From Octopus sinensis (Eukaryota): a stretch of 64,000 nt of DNA. Every line of letters begins with the position of its first letter. Positions within the stretch are counted from its first letter, which is position 1. Position numbers and translations under genes: made by a program. The notes under the pieces were generated by a model. It saw only the letters and a list, made by a program, of their open reading frames with translations, made no database searches and was not told where the DNA came from. Shown here piece by piece: positions 50,331 to 64,000 of the stretch. The stretch is from the NCBI RefSeq assembly GCF_006345805.1, contig NC_043005.1, positions 79,298,001 to 79,362,000 on the forward strand. Direction: 5' to 3'.

Positions 50331-51705
50331 TATTTACCTATGATAATACCGCAAATTACTTTATATATTTACATATATAATATAAGTGAGATTTTATTAA
50401 TCAAAGATCTATAAATCTTGTTGAAGTAATATTTTAACTGAATTCTATCTAAGAGATTATACGATATACTTTGGTTTATTTAGAAAGGAGATTACAGCTT
50501 GGTTACTACTTCATATCTTTGAAACATTGGAGAGATCTCTTCTCTGTTAATCATTCAGATTATCACATAATCCTTTCCTGCAAAACTTAGTTTATTTTTA
50601 TCTAGAAGTTAATATCCCTTACTTATTGAGGCTATGGTATAGTCTACTCAGATATAATTAAGTGATCAATTTAATTAATTGAAAAAGTAATTAATTAATT
50701 AATCAATTAGGAAACGGTGCAATATTTACATTGATTTAGCAATCGCTTCTATTCCACGCAATATGTTTGTTTTACTCTAATCTTTACTCACTGTATAATT
50801 GGAAAAGAATATTCTAACAGACGTGAACGGAGTTCAGATATATTTAAAAAGACCGACGATGATAATGAGTTAAATGGAAAGCAGGACAGAAACAAATGGA
50901 TCCGAGACTAAAACAAATATTAGCTGATCCAAACAGAATCCATATTACGTCGCTTGTTGAAAAACATGACACAGCACTATGACTAGCTTTTATGCCCCGT
51001 TTTGAAATAACATTATAATATTTAAAAGGTCAAACCAAGTCAAATATTAAAACTATTGTTTACTTCCGAACGCTGATACTATTTCAGGTTTCCAGTGTTA
51101 CGTTTTTTTTATAAATATTATCTTAAAGAACTCGTACAATATCATTATTAATCTCAATAAAGAATAAATAATCAAGAATTAATAGATTTTTTTTGTTTAT
51201 GGAAATGAAAGGAAGTGCCTATTTTTTTTGCTTTCCTTCATTAATATAATACTATGGAAATTATTCAGAGAGGACAACAGATTATTTAGTACATTCTAGA
51301 ATAGTAAATTTTATAAATAGAAATTGACAAATGTCTCCAAGAAATGTGTAAATAAAACCGTTCTGTTATTCATCGAATTAATTTTTTTCTTTAACTTTAA
51401 GTTGCATACATATATATGTCTATGTGCGTATATAGATGTGTGTGTGCTTGTGTGTGTCTGTGTGTATATGTGTGCGTATATATATGTATATATATGCAGA
51501 TGTATATACAAATATGTATATATATATATTTATGCATTTATATATGTGCGTGTGTGTCTGTATAAATGCATATGTATACGTATATTTATATATATATATA
51601 TAGTTGTACATATATATGTATTTATATATGGTTGTACGTTTATGTGTGCATGCATGTATGTATGTATGCATTTATGTATGTATGTTTGTATGTATGATAT
51701 ATATA

Positions 51706-51756
<51 letters not shown>

Positions 51757-52380
51757 CATGCAAGTAGGTGTGCTTCCGTGTGTATTTAACTGCCCTTTCT
51801 AATAGCAATGAGCTGAAATATTTAATTAGAGTATTAGATGGTATTAGAATCAATCAAGGGAATTGAAGAAGTTTCTTCAAAACTATAAATCTTCTGCAAT
51901 ATGTTGGTGGCTTCTCTGTACACTAGACGGTAAGTTTCCAGGGTACATAAGAAATTATGTACGCTAGAGTGTCCATAATTGAAAGGAAAATAAACTCAAA
52001 CGAAACGTAACTGTTCATTGTCAATATATTTTTATTGTAAGCTCTGCCAAGAACCTTATTACCTCTCATACTCACGAGAAAGACTGTATCGTGTCATGAG
52101 TAAGACTCTATAAATGTCACTGTTCTTGTGAGAAAAAGGAGCGAAATATTTTTTAACTGCATACGCAAGTAACTATCAAAAAGCGACGGACATATTGGTT
52201 AGTGTAGATTCTTATCTAAAAAAGTGATGACAGATATGAAAGGAAGTTTTGGTAATAAAACTGGTCTATCAAAACTGCTTGGCAGAAAGTAACATTAACA
52301 GCGGCTTTCTGGAAGAATTTTGTCTTAAGCAAGTTAACTTCCTTGCCATCTTTCTCTCCCTCCTCTTTCGCTCTCTACTC

Positions 52381-52382
52381 AC

Positions 52383-52475
<93 letters not shown>

Positions 52476-52537
52476 AATCTATTTATCTATCTATCTATCT
52501 TTCTATCTATCTATCTACCTACCTACCTATCTATCTA

Positions 52538-52607
<70 letters not shown>

Positions 52608-52627
52608 CCTATCTATCTATCTATCTA
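52381..52627. repeat. (CTAT)n microsatellite
   Basis: Read directly. Confidence 0.98.
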
Positions 52628-52799
52628 TGTCGCAGATTTTTGCTTTATCAACAGCTTCCTGTAATATTTACATGAGATTAATTTATAATTTCCTACGTAG
52701 AGATTTCCTCTTCAAATCCCTCTCGTTTGCTCCCTGAAGAAATTCTTTGCTCTTTTCTAAGCAGCAGTCTCCCTTATTACATACAAATCGAGTAAACCG

Positions 52800-53092
52800 T
52801 AGCTAACTGGTTAGGGAGTTGCGTTCGTGATCGCTAGATCGTATGTTCCATTCACATAGCAAGCGACGTGATGTATTCTTACCCAAAGCATTTCATTTCA
52901 GGGTACTTCAGTCAAGGCAGATGTGTAAATGGGCAAATTTGCGACGGACAATCCTTCCGATCAGGGGAAACGTTGACCTGCTTGCCTAGACAACGTGATT
53001 GCATCCTTCGAAATCTGAAACAACACAAAGCATATTGTGACCAGTGAGGTATATCAAGCTCTGATAATCTGATCGATCACGTGGTCACACAC
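52800..53092 (+). mobile_element. Degraded SINE: E-type head, V-like motif, D-type tail
   Basis: tgcgacggac at 52940-52949; gcatattgtgaccag...ctgataatctgatcgatcacgtggtcac. Confidence 0.7.
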
Positions 53093-53119
53093 ACATATAT
53101 GTATACGAGAATTGTGTGA

Positions 53120-53385
53120 GCAAATCCTTTTATTACATCAATATACAATTGTTTCATCGGATTTTTGATCTCATGAATATTACTATATTATACAATAATA
53201 TTGGCAACTATTTATTCAAGGTGTTATGGATATATGCATAATTCCGAAGAATCCAGTTTCGATACGTTTCAATGACACCTCAAAAATAGCTATATGTATT
53301 GTTATGTAATGGAACAATATTCAAGAGATGGAACTTTGATGAAACGATCGTAAATTGATTTCATAAAAGGTCTTGTTCTCTCCAT
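53120..53385. repeat. Inverted duplication (53120-53226 versus ~53275-53385) of a hammerhead-bearing unit
   Basis: gatgaaacaattgtatattgatgtaataaaagg(-) versus gatgaaacgatcgtaaattgatttcataaaagg(+); the left copy is truncated inside stem-loop II. Confidence 0.75.
53240..53356 (+). ncRNA. Hammerhead motif HH11, core U4->C, long stem II
   Basis: aatt-CCGAAGA-atccagtttc...gaactttgat-GAAA-CGATCG-TA|aatt. Confidence 0.55.
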
Positions 53386-53635
53386 CCCCTTTGTTAATAA
53401 TTGTAAAATCTCTGTTGATATTTGTGGATCTTCAGACATGTGTTTGATAAAAGTATCTCCGGATTACTGTCTGTCTAATCGCTTGGATACTTGGATGCGC
53501 TTTATAGGATAAATTCCATGGTAAATATACCAATAAAAATTTCTATGTGAATGTTTCTGTGTGCATCGATGTGTATACACACCCACATGGGGTACATGTA
53601 TATCTATCTATCTATCTTTCTATCAATGTATTTAT

Positions 53636-53691
<56 letters not shown>

Positions 53692-54039
53692 GTGTATAAA
53701 TGCGGACATACACACATATAGACAAACAGATCGCGCAACAGGAATGGTGTATGTTGCATGACATGTGTACATACATAAATACCGTTAGAGTGAAGAAAAA
53801 CATGTCGTGCGACATTTAGTGATATACTTGTACGTTCAATTCAGATGTTGTGCCCTCCTGCTATAATTTTATAAGATCATTTTAATTATTTCTACACCAT
53901 TCTGTAATTTTACTTAGAATGAATGTTGTATCGGGTTCAGATGAAAATATATTCAATGTTGTTTGGCATTGCTGAACAGCTTATATTAGTCATGTCATAG
54001 GCAAAATAATTTACTTTCAGTCAGACCGAGGAGCAACAC

Positions 54040-54760
54040 TGAAGGAAGACTATGTATTAATGATGAAGACTTAACTATTTCACAATACATAATTTTATTG
54101 AAACGTGTTAAAGTCAAAACTATTATACTGAAGTTATTATAACTAATTATGTGGTTTTATAAAGTTGAAACACAAAGTATTATAAGGTGAACGTTGGAAA
54201 GGTCAGAGAAACGTATGGGATTAAGGTGTATATTAAACATTTAAACTAAGTTTATTTTTGGAGACAAGATTGGAAAAGATAAATTTAGAAAACAAAGGAG
54301 GGTGAATATAAAAAACATTATTTTATGATTTCTTATAAAATCTATTAAAATAAAGTTTAAATGTATTGAAAGTCATTATTGAAATACTTTATTAAAACAT
54401 AAGTAGAGCCGATATATTTTGGAAGTGGAGGTAAATTAATTAGTAGATGGCTAAAGTGGTTTCAAGTTTGTTATAGAAGGTAATGTTGGAGTCAGAAATT
54501 TATTTTTTAAAACAACAACTAAGTGGATTGATTCAAGGTCAAGCATATATATATATATATTTATGTTTTATAGACTCAATAAAAAAGGAAATTATCTGAG
54601 GAAATGTTGCTATTAAAAAATGTAGTCTTAGAATCGATATTTATTGGAAATAAAAGCTAAATAAGTATTGTTCGGCAAAGTTAGTTTACAACATCAAATA
54701 GATGATAGCTGGAATGGAATATGAGTCTCCATGCGTAAAAGAATAAAGCAAAAGGGCAGA
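54040..54760 (-). mobile_element. Possible very decayed Penelope-like ORF C-terminal region
   Basis: Traces NKFLTP, LPKYIGST, HIISYNNFSII; AT-rich with many stops. Confidence 0.25.
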
Positions 54761-54899
54761 TTTGAACCATTAAAATATGGGAAATTTAGTAGTTAATGAC
54801 TTAAGGCAATTTCGTTCTAGACTTGTTGTATATACTTCAACATTATTCATACGAATTGTATTTGAGTGATCCATGTCTTACTTAAAAATTGTCGACATA

Positions 54900-55312
54900 C
54901 GTAGGAGTGGCTCAGTGGTAAGTAACTTGCTTACGAACTAAATGGTTCCGAGTTCAGTCCCACTGCATGGCACCTTAGGCAAGTGTCTTCTAATATAGCC
55001 TCCGGTCAACCAAAGCCTTGTGAGTGGATTTGGTAGACGGAGACTGAAAGATGCCGTCGTATATATGTATACATATATGTTTGTATGTGTGTGTATATGT
55101 TTGTGTGTCTGTGTTTTTACCCAGCCAACATCGCTTGACAATCAATGCTGTTGCGTTTACGGCCCGTAACTTAGCGGTTCGGCAAAAGAGACCGATAGAA
55201 TAAGTACTAGGCTTACACAAAGAATTAGTCCTGAGGTCGATGTGCTCGACTAACGGTGGTGCTCCAGCATGGCCACAGTCAAATGACTGAAACAAGTAAA
55301 AGAGTAAAAGAG
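54900..55312 (+). mobile_element. SINE family B, full length
   Basis: Collinear with 42390-42812. Confidence 0.95.
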
Positions 55313-55839
55313 TAACACAACTCCTTGTACCTGTTGTTGTTGTTGTTGCTGATGTCGTTTAATTCCAGCTCATCCCTCATGGAACTGCGTTATGGTCAAA
55401 TATTACTAGCAGACTAGAACTAAATTCCTTAATAACTCCTTCATTTGTTAAAGAGACTGGGTATGATTTAAGGAAGGTTTGGCGTTTAGTTTCCGACAAA
55501 CCTTGGAACGATATAGAACAGGGGAGCCGAAATACTTTTGCCTTGCCAACCAGAGTGGAAACATAAATTGGTTCTCGTGGATGGATAGGGACTTAATTCC
55601 AAAATGCTCTGTAAATAACATAGGCGTAAATGAATGTATATAGGGGTTGATATATGGATATAGGATGCCAATATATTGACAATAAAGAAAGAAATAATAT
55701 GAAGTTTTAATAAATTTTGTGTGTAGAGGTGTGTGGGATACAGGATTCATGACGTGATCAAAAACACTCAGCCATGACCGTCTCGTCTTCATAGAGATAT
55801 TTGGGACTATGTTATTACAAACCGCCATTATCGATACCG

Positions 55840-55990
55840 CGTTGGACAAAATACTTAATGGCATTGGTCCGGTTTTAAGTTCTGAGTTCAAATGCTGGTG
55901 AGGTCGACTCTGCCTTTCAATCGTACCAGTCAGTCGGTTGATAAGATACGTTCTAGTCAGCATCGACTTCCTCCCCACATCAAAATCACT
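55840..55990 (+). mobile_element. Degraded SINE-A
   Basis: gttctgagttcaaatgctggtgaggtcgactctgcctttca. Confidence 0.65.
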
Positions 55991-56696
55991 GACACTGTGC
56001 CGGAATAAGAATTATTCAATGAATGTTATTGTTTATTTAAAAATCATTAGATATGGTTTATGTGAGATCTGACTGCTATTTCTAGTAGGTTTAATGATCC
56101 AGTTGATGGTCTTTTACTGAAATAGTATTCTTTAAGTTTATTCTTAAATAAATAAAATAAATAGAACGAGGAGGTAACAAAATCTACACATTGTTTAGAT
56201 AATAAATTACCATTAGACGCCATCCGCATGAAAAAAATTAATAGTTAAGTAAATGTTTATATATTTAATGCAGGGAACATTATCAAAAACATAAACCAGA
56301 AGAAAAATACACATGTTTACATATTTACGCATTGTTTCAGTAAACCTGGTCCTTTTTTTAGATGTTCACATACGGGAGAAATACTCAACCGGATACTGAG
56401 AAGGGAAATATAGAAGGAAACAGCGGGGAGTGGTGAGTTAATAGACCTCTAGGCGACGTTGCATATAGATACCGCTAGATGTCTCTGCACGTCGTAAAGA
56501 AATAGCACAACAATGTTAAATCTGTTTATACCATGCAGTTGATTTATATTCACTTCATTAGGAATTATTCAACCTTTTACTTTTCTGCAAAAAGAGAAAA
56601 AACAAAACAAAACAAAACAAGAAATGATCATTACTTTTATCAACAAAGATATGCTACATTTTCCGCATTTTCAAATTGCATGATTCATAGCGAGTG

Positions 56697-56740
<44 letters not shown>

Positions 56741-56753
56741 AATACATTATATA

Positions 56754-56910
<157 letters not shown>

Positions 56911-58463
56911 GTATATATATGTATCTGTGTGTGTATGAATATGCATACACATGCATATGTGCGTGCATAGTTTATCTGTGTGTATTTATGTACGTATAAA
57001 TCTGTATAAATTTATATATATATGTATATATATATATTCATTTACACATATAATGCGTATACACACACACATGCGCGCTCACATAATTAGATATACATAG
57101 GAGTTTGCATGTTTGCATATCCGTACGTGCGAATGTATTTATGCATGCGTGTATATATATATATGTATTTGTCATTTAAATACTGGTAAAAATAATTGTT
57201 TACAAATGACAAACATTTTAATTTAAAATCAGTTAAGATTCTCCTGAAAGAAATTAGAAAGATTCTTTCATGCAACACTATAGAGAAACGAAAGAAAAGA
57301 AATAAAAAGCAAGATAAAAGACAGCTACAAGATATTTCATCTTCATAACAGTTTATTTGAATTTCATTATTGCTGTTGCTGAATATCTCTCTCCAGTCTC
57401 ATATAAATTAATCAACTTGTGTTATATCAAAATATCAATGTCGCTTTTAAGATTGAACACCGCTTCCATAATGATAACTATTTGATATATGACTAACAAA
57501 ACTACTTTACGTTATTATTCTGCTTAAGAAATATGATATAGCTATTGCAACAGTCTGATTCTATATGTTTGCATGAAGCAGATAGTGTAATGGGTGATAA
57601 TGCAATCATATTTAATCGCTTCGTTTGAATTTCAGTATGTATTCTTGTCATTTGCATTCATGTAATTTTATAATGAAAAACAAGATATCTTCAATAAGAG
57701 GAATGAAAAGATTTTTCCAAATAGGCATTAATAAATGGAGTAATTTCTATAAAGATGTTTACAATTATAGATGGAAGTGTTAATGTGAGAAAAAAGTTTT
57801 GCACGTTAATTATTATTAACTCCACAAATTTATGAATATCGATAATTCATATCCTATATTTTTCAATGACAAAAACGGTATAATTTTGAATTAAAAATAT
57901 AATTCCATTCACACGTAGACATTCAGTTACAGGTGCATGCACGCATACACGCGCATATGCATGTACATAGAAGAGCTAATATATGTATGTAATTATGTGT
58001 GCGTACATAAATGTATATATATATATATAACCAAATCCAAAAACGAAATATATACACACGCACATATATTTATATGCACTAACACACACACATATATATA
58101 TATACACATATATACGTATCTAAACTAATCCACATATGTATATATATATATATATATAAATATATACACATAATTTTACAGCTTGCAACTGCTACATATA
58201 CATACAGACATGTATACACACACACAAACACACACACAGATATTCCTGTAATATTACGGAATGATGGACATAAGTTTCGTGAAATATCATAAAAAATACA
58301 TGTTGATAGTTGCTTTGATATAAAATTATGGGCCGTTGATCCACTTAAGTAGATTCGCACCTAACAGATAGAAAGTGTTCCACAAGCTCTTGCTTAACGC
58401 GTTAAGAGTTCGAGTTCTGATAGAAATTCAACCGATCCCAACAGAATAGCTACACGCACGCAC

Positions 58464-58515
<52 letters not shown>

Positions 58516-58520
58516 ACACC

Positions 58521-58551
<31 letters not shown>

Positions 58552-58607
58552 ACACACACAGCACACAAGACTCAACACACATATATATATATATATATAT
58601 ATGTATG

Positions 58608-58790
58608 CGAGGGGTGCTGAAAAATTCCTGGCTCTCAGGATATCGCGAACGGCTTGGTCGGCAGCTCGGCTTTCCGAGTTCTTTTAGAGGGTTGGGAAAA
58701 ACTGAAGGACCGCCGCGATAATTATGTGATTCTGAGAGACCAATATGTCGCATAGAATCATAATTAACTGACGTTCCTCTATTTTCTCTT
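58608..58790 (+). mobile_element. Internally deleted mariner derivative (TIR plus transposase C-terminus)
   Basis: cgaggggtgctgaaaaattcctggc TIR-like start; FLEGWEKLKDRRDNYVILRDQYVA* mariner C-terminus. Confidence 0.7.
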
Positions 58791-58837
58791 ACTCCAGACC
58801 AGGTTCGAATTTAAGTTATAACCAAATTTACTCGTCT

Positions 58838-59153
58838 TTGTCCATGGACAAGATATCTCAAAAACCGCTGAATGGATTCAGACGAATATTTCAGGGATAT
58901 TTGGGCTCATGACTGGCACGATCTGATTAGATTTTGGAATCGATCAGGTAGCAGACAAGGATTTCGGATTATTTTTCCTGTTTTCTTTAAAATTCATTTT
59001 TTAAAGCGGTCCGGTTCAATTGTAGTATCCTCTTTTGTGAGAGCAGTCGAGTTTTTTTCAGATATTCTCATTTTAAAACTCATTTCTGGCTAATCGTTGG
59101 GAGGACGTTGGTGTTGCCTTGGCGGAGGTTTGCGCTTCCTGACTGCTCTTGTT
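58838..59153 (-). mobile_element. Helentron-type non-autonomous element, family 2
   Basis: Starts aacaagagcagtcaggaagcgcaaacctccgccaaggc (sub-terminal IR motif cctccgccaagg); atccattcagcggtttttgagatatc; homologous to 9968-10290. Confidence 0.8.
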
Positions 59154-59329
59154 TAGTTATGAATTATGTTCCTTCAAGTTTGGTCTCTGTTGTAAGTTCA
59201 GATCATTCGCTGCAGTTGGCAATGATGCTCATTTGCATTAACGACCAGTTATGAAACTGATATTTACACACACACACATGTATGTATATATATATGTATG
59301 TATGTGTGTATGTATATATTTCAAATCCA

Positions 59330-60850
59330 GTGATGTCTCTCGGATCTTCATAACGCAGACTGAGATCTGAGATGCAATCAATCATGATCTTTCACAAGTT
59401 GATTGGGCCTTCACGCACGCACCCCACTCCAACATAAATTCATCATGGCAGACATTTGTAGATACTATGACAAATATATGCGCAAAACATACTCCATTAA
59501 GATCAGTATACAAATCCTTAGAAATAGAAGGGCAATTAGAATAGTGCAGAATCTTTAGAAATAGAAGGGCAATTATAAGAAAAATAAAAACAATTAACAA
59601 GAAAATCAACCAACTTAAATGCTGCCAGCAGCAACGCATCATTAACAGTTAAAGAGCAGCTGAGATGAGTTAGGCCATTGAGAAAAGAAAACTAAAACCC
59701 AAAATGTTCTTTTCATTTGCAATAATATATAAAGATGCTATTTGCACTATTGGCCCTCTGGTTGACGAGAACAACCCTCTACATGATGATGCAAAATCCA
59801 TGTGCGAGATACTGCAGAGACGATGCCGCTTGTCTTCAGTAACCCTAATGAGATTGATCTGGCTAGTATCAGGGATGTAAACCCTCAACTAACTATATTT
59901 GACAGAACTTTTGGCACTCTTGATAACCTAAGAGAAATAGATAAGATCAAGTACGACTTTGTAGTAGGTTCCAATAAGTTCCCGGCCACTGTCCTGAAGA
60001 TGTATCGATATCAAATTGCATCCCCTCTAGCTGAGCTCTGAGAAACTCACTTGATGCAGGCTACATTCCTGATCATTTTCTTTCCCAGTCTGTCATTCCA
60101 GTCATCAAAAAGGGAAACAAATTTCTTTTAAGCTGGAATTCCCACGTCAACAACAAGGTTGACTTGGCCCGCAAGATCTGCTCCTGGATTCTGAGAACTT
60201 TCCGGTCTAAAGATGCCTACACCATCATCCTTCGCTACTCAAATTTTGCCTGACCCCACCTTGAGTACTGTTGTCCACTGTGTTCTCCCCATACGAAACA
60301 CCTCATTATGAAAGTAAAAGCAATCCAGAGATTCATAACAGGAAAGATAGTTGGCATGAGGGGCATTGATTATTGGGATCGACTAAAAAACTCAATCTCT
60401 TCTCTCTCCAACGCCGCCAGGTGCCGCTACATCATTTGTGTCATGTGGAGAATATTCCATCAATAATGCACAAATGATGTTGGCGTCAATTTTAAAATCT
60501 ATCCAAGACTTGGACCCGTGCATCCACCCACTACAAAATCGAATTCAGGACACAGCAACATTACGTCACAATTACTTTACCTCAACCGGTTCAGCTCTCT
60601 TTAATACCATACCAAAATACGTAAAAGCGGAAACGGATCCCATAAAATTCAAATGTTTACTGGACAAATTTCTTCAAAAAGTCCCGGACCAACTTTTTAC
60701 ACCCGGATATGTCTCCAACAATAATAACTCTTTGCCTGAGTCGGCTATGGTGCCCAATATATGACTACAAGACTTCACCAGGTGGTGCTACTGAGTTAAA
60801 TTTGGGCTGGCCCTATACTGGCCGAAACCGTTCAAAGTTATCAAAGTTAT
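59330..60850 (+). mobile_element. Decayed CR1-group LINE with the RT core deleted
   Basis: Linker (PKMFFSFA, IGPLVD), PATVLK..RYQIASPL, IPVIKKG then directly SWNSHV..K....SWILRTF, PHLEYCCPL, RLKKLNLFSL, ALFNTIP, FK.LLDKFLQKVPDQ; 3' UTR ends caaagttat(caaagttat) into (TA)n. Confidence 0.85.
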
Positions 60851-61221
60851 ATATATATATATATATATAACTTTTAAATTTGTTTACGGTTAGGGTTTTG
60901 AATATGCAAATACATCTCTAATTCTGTTATACCGGCCACAATCTAATGATGCTGCTTGGTTAACCAGTTTGTTGTGGCTGCATCGAAATGTACCGTGATA
61001 ATGTGGGATAGATATAATAATAACAACAACACTCCTTGGATGGAATTACTAAACGTTTAATGCATCGATACACGCGTTTCCACAAATCATATATCTCTTA
61101 AGATCACAGTCCACATTTCTGGGATGAAAGCAATGTAGTCCTTACTATTTGTGGACATCGGGTTGATCGTCTTCATAGATTCAATTTTTCAGGTGATAAA
61201 GCTAATGATTTTCTGTTGTGG

Positions 61222-61580
61222 AGGTGCAATAGAACAGTGGTTCGGGCAGCAGACTCGCGTTCATAGGATCGCGGTTTCGATTTCCAGACCGGGTTTTGTG
61301 AGTGTTTATTGAGCGAAAACACCTAAAGCACCACGAGGCTCCGGCATGGCGTGGTGGCGAATCCTGCTGTACTCTTTCACCGCACCTTTCTCTCACTCTT
61401 TCTTCCTGTTTCAGTTGTACCTGTATTTCAAAGGACCAGACTTGTCACACATTCTGTGTTATGTTGAATCTCCCCGAGAACTACGTTTCTGTGGAATTCT
61501 CAGCCACTTGCACGTTAATTTCACTAGCAGGCTATTACGTTGATCGGATCAACTGGAGTTCTCACCGACGGAGTGCTACG
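61222..61580 (+). mobile_element. SINE family C, full length
   Basis: Collinear with 19408-19763(-). Confidence 0.9.
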
Positions 61581-61639
61581 ATTTTCTGGTATTGTTTCAA
61601 CCATGTAGACACTGAAGGTGAGAAACCAAAAATTTCAGC

Positions 61640-61922
61640 TTGTGAAATTAACGTGCAAGTGGCTGAGCACACCTCACGCGTACCCTCAACGTAGTTCTCA
61701 ATGGCTGAGTACTCCAGAGACACGCGTACCCTTAACTTAGTTCTCATGGAGATTCAGTGTGACGCAGAATGTGAGAAGTCTGAGAATTTGAATTAAAGGT
61801 GCGAATCATTTTTGCCACTGTCAAATAAAGTGTCTTACTCAAGGACACAATTTGGACACCAGGAATCGAACTCACAACCTCACGATCGAGAGACGAGTAC
61901 CTTAACCACTAAACCACGCGCC
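61640..61922 (-). mobile_element. SINE with E-type head and C-shared tail, with an internal tandem duplication of ~46 bp
   Basis: tggctgag.ac.cc....acgcgtaccct.aac.tagttctca twice (61660-61746); head ...gaatcgaactc...aaccactaaaccacgcgcc. Confidence 0.8.
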
Positions 61923-62419
61923 TTTACAAAAGACTATAAGACTGGTATTCTCAATGACGTTTCGGTGTTCATAGTTATACCGTTTCGACCTCACTAATAA
62001 GACAAGTTTTCTCAGACAACATTTAATCGATGATCCCAGCCCCATTATCATAAATATTATTTTCAATTTGTTCCTCTTTAAAACATTGTGACGTTACACT
62101 TAAAATTAACTTGTCCCTTTCCCCAGAAGAAACACGTTTTGGGTACAGCTTCCTTGTCGATAAGGTTTTTACGGATGTATGAAGAAGTTGGCCCTCAACA
62201 AATATAAGTCATTCTGTTCTTTCCTTTTTTCAAAAAGTAATTTTTAATGGTCGCCTCCAAGATTCGACATTTCTATTTAAACTTTTATCATTTGCTGGGG
62301 CATAAACTTGAACGATTTTTAGTTGAATGATTCGACCCCAGTAACTAATTGTTTCGTTAAGGTTGGTTCTAATTCTAGAGGTTGCTTTTGCCGTACCACT
62401 AAGTTACGGCGATGTAAAA

Positions 62420-62861
62420 GGTGGCTGCTGGAAGACCCGATGTCTGGCAACAGGGATCTGCACCACGCTACGCAAGCAGGAAAACCTAGTCATGGTTGTC
62501 AGATAATTTCTGCATCCACATCACCCCTAACATCTGGCCAACTAACTCCCCAGATTGCAACTCCCTTGCTTATAAAGTATGGGACGCAGTTGAGCAAGAG
62601 ACCAAGAAAACCATTTATAACATCAAAGATGAAATGAAGGCAAGGATTATAGCAGCATTCACCAATCAAGGAGACCTTCCACAAGTGTTGCAGGAGATTC
62701 CGAAGTCGTCTGGAGACCATGGTGAAACCAATGGCGATTGTATTAAATAAAATTACTGTTTAGTATTTCAAGATACTTTTATGTAATTTTACTAAAAATA
62801 TGTTAAAATGAGATGTCATATTATATTAATTTAGACGACAATATATTCACCGCACCCTGTA
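62420..62861 (+). mobile_element. maT/DD37D-type Tc1-mariner transposase C-terminus plus 3' TIR and TA
   Basis: VWQQGSAP, SWLSDNF, IWPTNSPDCNSLAYKVWDAVE, CRRFRSRLE; ends ttcaccgcaccctg+TA. Confidence 0.85.
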
Positions 62862-63138
62862 TGTGTGTGTGTGTGTAAGGGGGTGCGTGTACATGCGTAT
62901 AACTACGTTTCCTTCTGTATATCTGTATATTGTTCTATATATATACATGCGTATATATGTGTGTGCATGTGTGTGTGCGTATAGAGTAAGGAACCATTCG
63001 AAAACAAAATATTTTGCACTAAATTTCTGAATTCTCTCAATTGTAGATACAATAAATTGACCAACTCTATATTGTAACTGTAAAATATTTTACTTCATTT
63101 TCAAATATTAAATATTCGTCCTTTGTTTTAATTTACTT

Positions 63139-63275
63139 CTACTTCTTCTTCTTCTTCTTCTTCTTCTCTTCTTCTTCTTCTTCTTCTTCTTCTTCTTCTT
63201 CTTCTTCTTCTTCTTCTTCTTCTTCTTCTTCTTCTTCTTCTTCTTCTCTCTCACTCTCTCTCGCTCTCTCTCCCT
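63139..63275. repeat. (CTT)n then (CT)n microsatellite
   Basis: Read directly. Confidence 0.98.
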
Positions 63276-64000
63276 GTACGCACATAAACACACATATGTA
63301 TGAAGCTATGTGTGTTTGTATTCTATGGAACAAACAGAGTAAAGGAGAAAGAAATTGAGTTGAAAACTTCTAAGTTTTCACCGAAATCACATCTGCATTA
63401 AATGAGTGATTATTCTACATTTATTACACACGCTGTTAGTTAATGGTTCTTTGAAAGCATCAGGAATCATTCTCTGAACTGATATTCAAAGCTTATTTAA
63501 TTAAACAGAAAGAGATGTTCATTAATATCTCATTAAAGAAACGCATTGTAATATTTGATTCTTACTTCATGCCAAGTCAATTTCTCTGGTGTGTTTCACA
63601 ATTTTTTATTTTATACTCTTTTTCGCTTTTGTTGCTAATACATTTGGTGCTGCAGTTCTCGTAGTTGATTTGTTGTTTATATTAGATGTTGCCTCGCCAC
63701 AAGCAGGTCCTGATAGAGTAGTGCAAAGATAAAAGATATTCAGACAAATATTATCATCTTTTTTTTTCCATAACTAGATATATTTTTAAAAGAGCTACCA
63801 AGTACATGCTTCATATTTCTAACATTACATATCTATTTTTTGTTGTTATTATTGTTAATAATATCACTGTTGACGGTGTCGTTTGTTTATATTACCTGTT
63901 GTTATTGTAGATGCTGTAGCCGTTCATGTTGTTAGTTGGATTTGTTCTAACATTACAATGAATGACTTGGGGAGATTTGTGTTCTACGGCCGTATCAGAG

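Noticed and set aside
53171-53177. TTCATGA(-) as the catalytic core of a second ribozyme in the 53.1-kb inversion
   Set aside because: It aligns to stem-loop II sequence (aatattcaagagat) of the plus copy, so the resemblance is coincidental
55448-55978. 176-aa minus-strand ORF
   Set aside because: Starts in a SINE-A fragment, has no recognisable domain, and begins with an alternative start codon; unsupported as a gene
61660-61746. Direct repeats resembling a CRISPR-like repeat-spacer unit (also 5589-5650, 32612-32649, 59518-59575)
   Set aside because: Only two copies each; local tandem duplications in eukaryotic DNA

Overview
AT-rich, microsatellite-saturated eukaryotic intergenic or intronic DNA. 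It is very likely from an octopus (Octopus-type tRNA-derived SINE families, extreme (TA)n/(TACA)n/(CA)n load), but the species assignment is inference. I can support no host protein-coding exon, true tRNA/rRNA gene or CRISPR array; nearly all long six-frame ORFs are microsatellite read-throughs. The window is a transposon graveyard. It holds a Chapaev3-like transposase pseudogene, Tc1, mariner and maT remnants, hAT-type MITEs and four Helentron-type (HINE/DINE-like) non-autonomous elements. It also holds two CR1-group LINE remnants, a HERO/R2-group RT remnant and more than 35 modular SINE copies or fragments. The most striking unexplained structure is a set of about 11 minimal type I hammerhead-ribozyme motifs (CTGANGA...GAAA-palindrome-TA) of the kind known from Penelope-like elements and retrozymes. 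Several sit next to fold-back inversions. One pair lies on opposite arms of a ~660-bp palindrome (45226-45885), and one degenerate motif forms the 3' module of a tRNA-headed SINE (46846-47134). All coordinates were read by eye and TE boundaries are approximate (often +/-10-30 bp).
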